Part shown: positions 30,701 through 37,759 of the stretch, in pieces
How the letters are laid out: each line of letters opens with the position of its first letter
Numbering within the stretch: the stretch's first letter is position 1
Assembly (NCBI GenBank): GCA_963700285.1
Contig: CAVOXA010000010.1
Location: 576,001 to 640,000, forward strand
Length of the DNA: 64,000 nucleotides
DNA from: an uncultured Chloroflexia bacterium
GTDB taxonomy: Bacteria; Chloroflexota; Anaerolineae; JAAYZQ01
Reading direction: 5' to 3'
Made by a program: the position numbers and the translations under genes
Notes under the pieces: model-generated
Database searches by the model: none
What the model was told of the DNA's origin: nothing
What the model saw: only the letters and a program-made list of their open reading frames with translations

Positions 30701-33072
30701 TCTCTGGGACCGGTGGGTGCAGTACTCCGGTAGACCTTGTAGGACTCGACGTGAGTGGAACTGTTCCAGCTGACGCGGATCTTGTCGGTATAGGTTCCAT
30801 CGCTGGCCTGGATATTGTTGGGAGGGGCTGGCGGAGTGTCGTTGGTAATGGTTCCTCCCTCGTATACCGGAGACCACGCCGCCGTTCCATCGTTCTGCCT
30901 GTCGTCATCGGCATCATAGGCCAGGGTCCGCCAGTAGACAGTGTGGCCGAGCCTATCCGGCCCGATGTCGATGGTTCCAGCATACCACGAGCCGTCCCAA
31001 CGAGCATCGAGATAGCTATCATGTTGTGTCGCATCGATCACGTCGCTGTCCCACCGCAGATAGATGCGGGGGTATTCGGCGTCATCTAGAATGCCGCTGG
31101 GATCGTTCAGCCTGGTCTTGAAAGAGTAGGTGCCTGGCGCCACGTCTCCGCTATCAACGTGGTCTGTCACAACTGGCCCTGACACGTCATCATCCTCAAC
31201 CTGGAACGAATCTAAGGATGGTCCGTGGCTGTCTCTGGTCAACGTTGGCTTTGGCATGTTAAAGGGGGTATTGTTCCCCCCTCTGTCATCCAATACCGAG
31301 ACGGTTTCTTGATCGTGCCAGCGGTCATCCTGATCATAGACCCACCACGTGGTCCGAAGCTGAATGTCGCCCAGCGCCTTGGGAGCGACGCGAAAGGATG
31401 CACCTCCATGCTGTCCATTCTCGGGTATCGAATGTGTGGCGATAGAGATGGTGCTGCTGGGAAGCGCAGGGCTGTAGGCGGCCAAGTCGCCCAGGTCCAC
31501 CGGTTCCGAGATCGCCCCCTGGCCTGGATCCGTCAGTGCTACAGACATGCCGCTGTCATAGGCCTGGCCGAATGAGTCGTACTGGGCCGCGGTACCGTCC
31601 TGAAGCACACCCAACGAGATGTTGAAGACACGCTCCGTTTCGCCATCATCGATGGGTCCGGAGACCTGGATGCCCGTGTTGCCTACCTGCGCAAAGCAGT
31701 TATCGCCAGGGATTCCGGCGACCATTCCCCGCCGACTGGCTGCGGCCGGGGAGTTTGCCTGGCCAAAGAACTCTCCCTCCCAGGCCACGTTCCATTTCTT
31801 GTCAAACAGTGCATAGGATACGGCCAACTCGTGCATTCGCTCGCCGCTGTGTCCTGGCCACCAGTTTGAATACCAGGGATCGTGGATATAGACGACACCG
31901 TCGCTGTCCAGGTCATCGTACCCGATCACCAGGATGGCGTGATTGGCCTCGCCATTCCCGCCGGTATCGACAAAGGCGATGACCGGAGCCTGTAGGGTCG
32001 CGAGCCACGTCTTGGGATCGTCATTGAATCCGCTGGGTTCTCCCACTGCAAATGCTTTGCCCTCGCCTTTGTAGGTCGTGGCAAAGCCCTCATAATCCGG
32101 GTCTATGCTGTCCCAGTTCTGTACGACACGATGGATCTCGTCCGCAGAACCACCAGCGCAGGTGACCTTTCCCTTGGTGTAGCGCACAAGCTCAGATTGC
32201 TGGCTATAGCTGTTGCCTAGGCGTACCGGTGACCACCACTGGTGGAGCATCGACAGCGAGGCTGCCCAACACCATAGGTCGCAATCTTGCTGGTAGTAGG
32301 GAACATCGTCGACCATGGAGACGACGGCGCTCGTAATGGCTGCCAGGCCCGTGGCGAACTCTCTGTTGCCAGCGCCTGGCGGGGGCTCCAGGCGCTCCAC
32401 TGGGCTGGAAGGTAAGGGGTTGGTCTCGATGACAAAGCCGTCCGGTCCTTCCTCCTGTGGTAGCTCGTCCAACCCGAGGGCCGATTTTTGGCCGACGGGT
32501 ATAAACTGGGACTGTGGGACGCCTGTACCGGTACTGGAGACGTACCAGTAGCTCTGTCCGTGGGCATAGATCAGCTTGGTATCCTCAGGGCGGATCCCTG
32601 TGGCAGACGTGCCAGAACGCGCGATGGCAGTGGCTATCTGGTCAAGGCCGGGCTGGCCCGGCAATTCCGCAGCCGGCGACACATGATCCAGGCGCCAGCC
32701 AAACTCGCCCGTCTGGGGGTCGATGCCGATCAGACCAACCATCTCTCCATCGTGCTCGACGGGAACGAGGATGTAGCGGGGGACAATCTCGTACCCCGTT
32801 GCCTCAGAACCGGCGAGTTGGTACTGCAACAGCGGTTGGCCTGCGGTCGCTCGCTCCCATAGCGCGGCCGAGTCCCCGCGGCCCCTGCGGGCCAGTGCTC
32901 GCGCTGCGCTGGGAATGTATTCCATGTTCACAAGGCGCGCCGCTTCTGACAAGGGGATGGCCGCGTCGTCTTGTGCCTGCACGTTGCTCGCTATGATGGT
33001 TAGAAGCATAAGGCAGATGAAGCACAGGAGCATGGCCTTGAGCATTCGCTGGAACATAGGTTTCTGTTGCAT
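27745..33072 (-). CDS. 1775-aa secreted protein: C39-like cysteine peptidase, FN3/Ig-like domains, 7x FG-GAP/VCBS propeller, cohesin-dockerin-cohesin, C-terminal LHLPLVLR motif
   Basis: Signal peptide ending VQA; VPYYQQ...WCWAAS, HAILVIGYD and YIHDPW; seven LGD(L/V)D(G/E)DGDLDA repeats; dockerin GDVNCDSSVNAIDALFILQ / CDVSGDGSCNAIDAMFILQ flanked by two cohesins. Confidence 0.88.
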   Translation of the reverse strand: MQQKPMFQRMLKAMLLCFICLMLLTIIASNVQAQDDAAIPLSEAARLVNMEYIPSAARALARRGRGDSAALWERATAGQPLLQYQLAGSEATGYEIVPRYILVPVEHDGEMVGLIGIDPQTGEFGWRLDHVSPAAELPGQPGLDQIATAIARSGTSATGIRPEDTKLIYAHGQSYWYVSSTGTGVPQSQFIPVGQKSALGLDELPQEEGPDGFVIETNPLPSSPVERLEPPPGAGNREFATGLAAITSAVVSMVDDVPYYQQDCDLWCWAASLSMLHQWWSPVRLGNSYSQQSELVRYTKGKVTCAGGSADEIHRVVQNWDSIDPDYEGFATTYKGEGKAFAVGEPSGFNDDPKTWLATLQAPVIAFVDTGGNGEANHAILVIGYDDLDSDGVVYIHDPWYSNWWPGHSGERMHELAVSYALFDKKWNVAWEGEFFGQANSPAAASRRGMVAGIPGDNCFAQVGNTGIQVSGPIDDGETERVFNISLGVLQDGTAAQYDSFGQAYDSGMSVALTDPGQGAISEPVDLGDLAAYSPALPSSTISIATHSIPENGQHGGASFRVAPKALGDIQLRTTWWVYDQDDRWHDQETVSVLDDRGGNNTPFNMPKPTLTRDSHGPSLDSFQVEDDDVSGPVVTDHVDSGDVAPGTYSFKTRLNDPSGILDDAEYPRIYLRWDSDVIDATQHDSYLDARWDGSWYAGTIDIGPDRLGHTVYWRTLAYDADDDRQNDGTAAWSPVYEGGTITNDTPPAPPNNIQASDGTYTDKIRVSWNSSTHVESYKVYRSTAPTGPREEMGHLSGASYDDPSVPADSPYYYWVTACSASRCSDFGDYDQGYRAAGPLEVIGTHPAGNGLETASSEAISATFSRTVDLGTVNTGTFAVRGQQTGSYQGIYSLVKDSVQFKASNEFRPGEEIVVNLSPGVEAPDGTPLIPHAWQFRSAVSGGTGAFDDSGQNLGSSNSFGVALGDLDGDGDLDAFVGNHSQGNRVWLNDGGRFNDSGQSLGTAQSFAVALGDLDEDGDLDAFVANLNYQPNKVWLNDRGVFSNSGQSLGSATSAAVGLGDVDGDGDLDAFVGNSGTGNKVWLNEGGTFSDSGQSLGSSLSYGLALGDVDGDGDLDAFVANTGGQANRIWVNDGGAQGGTAGRYRDSGQNLGSSHSVSVALGDVDGDGDLDALIANRVTDEDNTVWFNDGGLQGGVPGIFRNSGQSLGRYQSYAVALGDVDGDGDLDAFIGNTDGQADRVWINAGGAQDGTPGHFGDSGQILGTSSSSAAALGQPDSITLAAAPSSRDVALGDLDGDGDLDAFVATSPVANKIWLNQDTGMPCYRLTLDHTGQGGDPTANPTNSDGCANSQYVAGESITLTPHPATGHHLDHFTGTGDPASSGLTMPASTHTAAAHYAPDGSAMVQVGSGTVAPGGTIRVPVKILGIPGDGLGAATIEIHFDPAVVEVLDCTPDPEDAYDSALCNSREGSVSLTAISAVGVPGDSLLAEITFGGVGWDGDRTVLDAVVTTFAGPGGEPVAVGVHDGEVWVRAATGDVNCDSSVNAIDALFILQREVGLRPNHSTTCPPPAAGLYLAGCDVSGDGSCNAIDAMFILQCEVGLTNGFCPPAAMARESGQGLSSPLAATLGIGSGSLAPGGRLGVPLTTNLGNHVLGAATIEIQYDPDILAVTSCTEDPGSAFDLAVCNADMAAGKVGVTAVSAKGISGDVVLAQINFQATGVEGDTSLLFLAADPFADPSARAIEVALQNGQIDVRARGDHRLHLPLVLRSHQESPR

Positions 33073-33283
33073 AGCCCCTCCCTTGATACCTCAATGCGGC
33101 TGCCTGCCCGCAAAGCAAAAGCCCTCAGTCCATGGGCAGGCAGACCCGCTTTTGGTGGGTCATTTCTATTTGGGGTCTGGAAGCAATGATGGGACAGAAG
33201 ATCTCGAGTTCCTGGCAAGGTGAAGTGGGAATTGCGGGCGGAACGACCTGAAGCCGGCAGAAAAGGACTGTCGCCATGCTCCC

Positions 33284-33348
33284 ATTGTAGATCAAGGGGC
33301 GTGGACAAAACAAGCCCTTTTGAGAGGATTTTTGGGAGGATTTTCGCT
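33284..33348 (-). promoter_or_regulatory. Sigma70-type promoter with upstream operator (copy 2)
   Basis: Minus strand: AAAATCCTCCCAAAAATCCTCTCAAAAGGGC-TTGTTT-N18-TACAAT, homologous to 27534-27600. Confidence 0.7.
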
Positions 33349-33464
33349 TCCCTTGGGGGGTAGGCCAGGGAAAAGCACCACATTGTCATTTTCCATCACT
33401 GGCCTCCTGTCTAATTGGTACGCTTGATGCCTGTTGCTGCAGGAACTAGGCGCACTTGAGCTGG

Positions 33465-35051
33465 TCATAGCGAAGAGCGCCGATAACGTACATGCCTCCA
33501 GACTGCCCGGGGTTCCGCGGCGCCGATGGCCAGCGAGACCGCTGCGTAGACTGCCGCCCCAGCCGCCACGGCCACACCAACTGTGAGCAGGATGGGGAAG
33601 CCTGCCAGCAGTGATGCCAGCGCCCCGGACACACCGCCCATCACCAGCGCGGCAAAAGCCATCCGCCCCAGCGAGCCGGCCATGCGCCGCCCTTCCAGCC
33701 CCTTCAATCGACGGCGGAGGATGCCCAGCAGTACGACCATCTCGACCGTCGTCGCCATCGAATTGCTCAGGGCCAACCCGCCAGTCGCCATCAAGCCCAA
33801 GGATTGAAAGATCTGGATAAACAGCAGGCTGAGAACGATGTTGAGTCCCATGGCCCCGATGCCCACGGCCACCGGTGTCCGCGTGTCGTGCAGGGCGTAG
33901 AAAACCCGGACCGTGATCTCGACCACCGAGTGGGCAGGCAGCCCCAGGGCAAAGAATCCCAGCGCCCAGGCTACCCTCTGTGTCGACAGGGCTGTAAACT
34001 CTCCGCGCTGGAAGACGAGCTGCACCAGCGGCACGCGGAGCACGATCAGGCCAACCGCCGCGGGCACAGCCAGATAGAGTACCGCTCGCAGGGTGGCTGC
34101 CAGCGTGCTTTGCATCTCGGCCCGCTGGTCCTTGGCTGCCTGGGCTGAAAAAGTGGGAAAAGCCGCCGTGGCCACTGCCTGGGCAAAGACTCCCTGCGGC
34201 AACAACATCAGCAGCCAGGCATAGTTGAGCGCGGCCAGGCTGCCGGGGGCCAGGCCGGAGGCCAGGATGGTGGTCACCAGAAAGTTGAGCTGTACCGCTG
34301 CCAGGCCCACCATCCGCGGCAGCATCAGGCGCCCTACTTCGTGTACCCCGGCATCTCGCAAACCCAAGGTCGCCGTGTAACGCATCCCGTAGCGTACCAG
34401 CCCGGGTATCTGAACCAGCAGGTGGCCCAAGGTCCCGACCGCCACGCCCACCGCCAATCCGTATACACCCATGGCCGGCGCAAGGAACACCGCCCCGGCG
34501 ATGATGCCCAGGTTGTACATGACCGGCGCCAGGGCCGGCAGCAAAAAGTGCTGCCGGGCGTTGAGAATGCCCATCACCACACCGCTCACGCCAAAGATTA
34601 CGGGTGTGAGCAGCATAAGGCGCATCAGATCGGCGGTAAGAACCTGGCGCGCCGGACCAAAGCCGGGGGCGATGATGGTCCGTACCAGCCAGGGGGCCAT
34701 GATCGCGGCCAGGGCTGACAGGAGCGTGGTCAGGATCAGCACCAGGTTGATGACCGCGCTGGCCAGCCGCCATGCGCCGGCCTCATGGTCCTGGGACCAG
34801 TAGCTGGCAAAGGTGGGGATAAAAGCCGAGGCCAGCGCCCCCCCGGCCACGACCTGGAACAGGATGTCGGGCACGCGAAAGGCGGCCAGGTACGCGTCCA
34901 GATCGCCGCCGGTGCCGAACTGGTGGCTGATGACCATCTCGCGCAGCAGGCCCAGGGCCCGGCTCGCGACGAACAGGGCCATCACCAGCCCCGCTGCCCG
35001 GGCGATCTGCGCCTTGTCAGCGGCGCCCTGCTGTTCGCGCTCTGCGGTCAC
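33465..35051 (-). CDS. murJ: Lipid II flippase MurJ (MviN)
   Basis: SRALGLLRE...FG...DAYLAAFRVPD, GGALASAFIPTF, LMLPRM, LNYA..LM.LP.G and FYALHDTRTP. Confidence 0.95.
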   Translation of the reverse strand: MTAEREQQGAADKAQIARAAGLVMALFVASRALGLLREMVISHQFGTGGDLDAYLAAFRVPDILFQVVAGGALASAFIPTFASYWSQDHEAGAWRLASAVINLVLILTTLLSALAAIMAPWLVRTIIAPGFGPARQVLTADLMRLMLLTPVIFGVSGVVMGILNARQHFLLPALAPVMYNLGIIAGAVFLAPAMGVYGLAVGVAVGTLGHLLVQIPGLVRYGMRYTATLGLRDAGVHEVGRLMLPRMVGLAAVQLNFLVTTILASGLAPGSLAALNYAWLLMLLPQGVFAQAVATAAFPTFSAQAAKDQRAEMQSTLAATLRAVLYLAVPAAVGLIVLRVPLVQLVFQRGEFTALSTQRVAWALGFFALGLPAHSVVEITVRVFYALHDTRTPVAVGIGAMGLNIVLSLLFIQIFQSLGLMATGGLALSNSMATTVEMVVLLGILRRRLKGLEGRRMAGSLGRMAFAALVMGGVSGALASLLAGFPILLTVGVAVAAGAAVYAAVSLAIGAAEPRAVWRHVRYRRSSL

Positions 35052-35111
35052 GCTGCCATCCTGCGGGCAGCCGAAAGACCAGACTTGGCTGTGCCGTCGG
35101 TGCTGTACCCT

Positions 35112-35148
35112 TCGGTTCTCCGTGTCTCCTGTGCCTCTGCGGTGAACT
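35112..35148. repeat. REP-like purine/pyrimidine short repeat element
   Basis: TTCTCCGTGTCTCCTGTGCCTCTGCGGTGAA. Related CACAGAGGC/GGAGACACGG words occur at about 27637, 46323, 56851 and 62989. Confidence 0.4.
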
Positions 35149-35159
35149 GGATCATGGCG

Positions 35160-36542
35160 TTACCGGAGTGACGAAACAACCAATGGCCACAACATCTCTT
35201 CCTGCTCCGGCAAGACCGTGCGGGGATCCAGTACCAGGCGGCCATCCTCGATGCGGGCGATCACCGGCGGCTCCCCGGTCCGCAGATGGGCTGCGGCTGC
35301 GTCAGGCGAACCGACCATCAGCGCCACCAGCCATGTGGGCAGCGTCTCGCCAGGCACGCTCCCCCCACCAACTGTCGAGCGCCCGCGTACGATCTCCGCT
35401 CCTATCCCCACCCTCCTCAGCTCGCGTACCCAGGTCGAGGCTCGCTCCTCCAGCATATCTTCCGATTGGCTGATCATGCGCCACACTGGTACCTTTTCCG
35501 TCGCTTCACCCAGCAAGTAATGGCGCAGCGTGGCTTGCAGCCCGGCCAGCGTCGTCTTGTCCACGCGCAGCGCGCGGGTCAGCGGGAATCGCTTCAAACG
35601 GCTGATGAGGTCTGTTCTGCCCAAGATTAGACCCGCCTGGGGGCCACCCAGGAGCTTGTCGCCGCTGCATGATACCAACGATGCCCCGGAGGCCACACTT
35701 TCCTGGATGGTTGGCTCGTGGGCCAGGCCATACGGCGCCGTATCCAGCAGTGTGCCGCTGCCCAGGTCGTCAAACAGGAACAAGTCCCGTTTACCAAGCA
35801 GTGCTACTAACGCTGCCAGCGGCGGCTCGTGGACAAAGCCCATCAGCTGGAAATTGCTGCGATGGACGCGCATCAGCGCCGCGGTATTCTCGGTGATGGC
35901 TGCCTCATAGTCGCTGGCATAGGTGCGATTTGTAGTGCCTACTTCGACCAGCGTGGCGCCGCTCTGGCGCATCACGTCGGGAATGCGAAAGCCACCGCCG
36001 ATTTCCACCAACTGACCCCGGGAGATGATCACTTCCCGTCCCTGGGCAAAGGCCATCAGGATGAGCAGGACGGCAGCAGCGTTGTTGTTGACCACCAGCG
36101 CCGCCTCAGCGCCCGTCAACCGGCAGAGGGTCTCCTCGGCATGGACGTAGCGCGAGCCCCGCTGTCCTGCCTCGAGATCATACTCGAGGTTGGAGTAGCC
36201 CAAAGCCACGGCGTCCATCGCGGCGCGTGCTTCTGCGCTCAGCGGAGCGCGGCCCATGTTGGTATGGACGATCACCCCCGTGGCGTTGATGGCTGGCCGT
36301 AAGGTAGGCCGCAGCCGAGCCGCCAACCGCTCGTGTACTCCTTGGGCCAGCATCTCGTCGGACGGGCATAACTGGCCATCATGGATGTCTTGCCTCGCTT
36401 CCTCCAGCGTCTCTCGAATGGCTTCCACCGCCAGTTCGTGGCTCCAGCGGGCGGCCAGCGCCGCCACCTGCTCCGCCTGAAGCAGGCGGTCTACACTGGG
36501 CAGCTTGCGAAGTTCTTCCTGTTCGTTCGTTGAACCCTTCAT
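35160..36542 (-). CDS. selA: L-seryl-tRNA(Sec) selenium transferase
   Basis: INATGVIVHTNMGRAPL, YSNLEYDL, VNNNAAA, SRGQLVEIGGGFRIPD, EVGTTNRT and SGDKLLGGPQAG. Confidence 0.96.
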   Translation of the reverse strand: MKGSTNEQEELRKLPSVDRLLQAEQVAALAARWSHELAVEAIRETLEEARQDIHDGQLCPSDEMLAQGVHERLAARLRPTLRPAINATGVIVHTNMGRAPLSAEARAAMDAVALGYSNLEYDLEAGQRGSRYVHAEETLCRLTGAEAALVVNNNAAAVLLILMAFAQGREVIISRGQLVEIGGGFRIPDVMRQSGATLVEVGTTNRTYASDYEAAITENTAALMRVHRSNFQLMGFVHEPPLAALVALLGKRDLFLFDDLGSGTLLDTAPYGLAHEPTIQESVASGASLVSCSGDKLLGGPQAGLILGRTDLISRLKRFPLTRALRVDKTTLAGLQATLRHYLLGEATEKVPVWRMISQSEDMLEERASTWVRELRRVGIGAEIVRGRSTVGGGSVPGETLPTWLVALMVGSPDAAAAHLRTGEPPVIARIEDGRLVLDPRTVLPEQEEMLWPLVVSSLR

Positions 36543-36600
36543 CCAGTACCTTGTCCTTTCCGGCTACCAGCAGAAGGCGCCCTGCGCCGCTCCAATCTCC

Positions 36601-36972
36601 CTACGAGTCGCCTCCCATCCGCAGAATGAATACTTCGATGGCCAAAAAGATCAAGGCGATGATGAATGCAAAACCCAGGTTGAGGACACGGTGTGTCTGC
36701 AGCCAGGCATATGACGTCAGGCACAGCGCTCCCCAGACACTGTGCCGCAGGAAGCGCCAGGGGCTACGTGCCGCAGGATTGGTCCCAAAGCGATGGTTCA
36801 GGTAGGCCGTCACTGGGGCCAGTGTGGCGGCCAGCGACAGAAAGAGCAGGATGAAAAAGGATAGCCGGGATCCAGGCTGTTCCGGCCCGACCTGGCTCGT
36901 GAGCTGAAAAAGGCCCCACCAGCCAGCTACGGCCACAATGACCGCAAGCAACAGCACAAATCTGGTGCGCAC
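36601..36972 (-). CDS. Small four-TM hypothetical membrane protein
   Basis: Four hydrophobic segments; GAAGGAAGG RBS; co-oriented with selA. Confidence 0.7.
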   Translation of the reverse strand: MRTRFVLLLAVIVAVAGWWGLFQLTSQVGPEQPGSRLSFFILLFLSLAATLAPVTAYLNHRFGTNPAARSPWRFLRHSVWGALCLTSYAWLQTHRVLNLGFAFIIALIFLAIEVFILRMGGDS

Positions 36973-37204
36973 CTGCCCCTTCCTTCGCGGTCTGCCATGG
37001 TGGGCGGATCACTGTTGGCTACCTGGTTCCCACCGGGCACGTCGTACCATGCCTCGCTACAGCCCCATTATACCCCAGAACGGCACAGGAGACCAAGAAG
37101 CCAGACAGACCTGCAGGAAGACACCGAGATTCGGGTTTTTGTACCCCGTGTGGCATAATCTGGAGGGTACCATCCAGTATCCGGTCATGGTGTCTGAATA
37201 ACGG

Positions 37205-37440
37205 ATGTCACTGGACGAGGTAGCGCGCATCTTGCTCGATGTGCTCGCTGGATTGGACTATGCCCACAGCGAGGGCATGATCCCCCGCGATGTCAAGCCC
37301 GCCAATATCCTGCCAAGCCGCCGTGGCCAGGCCGTGCTCACCGATTCTGGCATTGCCCAGATCGTCGGCGGCACGCGCTACACAGCCTCGGGTGCGTTGA
37401 TGGGTACCTTGAACTACATGTCACCCGAGCAGGGCCTGGC
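37205..37440 (+). pseudogene. Ser/Thr protein kinase internal fragment
   Basis: LDYAH..G.IPRDVKPANIL (HRD changed to PRD), LTDSGIA (DFG changed to DSG) and GTLNYMSPEQ; no N-lobe. Confidence 0.8.
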
Positions 37441-37759
37441 TGTGGCCTATGGAGCTGCTGGCCCTGGCCTCAGGCTTCTTGTTCGCTGCCATCTATATGC
37501 AGAGTATCTGGCTGGTCATCTCGGCCATCATTGTCGGACTCAATGCCCTGGCCTTCCAGTTCTCCGCCATCACCGGGCTGTGACACTGGTGGCCGGTGGG
37601 GCTTTTGGGACCCGCTATACTCCTGCTCTCGGGCTCTGTCCTGCTGGCATGGGGGATGGCGCGCTACCTCTTGCTGCCCAGATCTGCGCTAGAGTGATAT
37701 CAAGCCAGACATGAGACACAACTGGCCCATGACGACGACACCCACGATCATGAGTTGGC

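Noticed and set aside
24475-33072. A true cellulosome
   Set aside because: No glycoside hydrolase domain and no multi-cohesin scaffoldin are visible; the only catalytic domain recognised is a peptidase.
33073-33283. c-di-GMP riboswitch in the leader
   Set aside because: The GGCAAAC/GAAA/GCAAAGC signature is not present on the coding strand.
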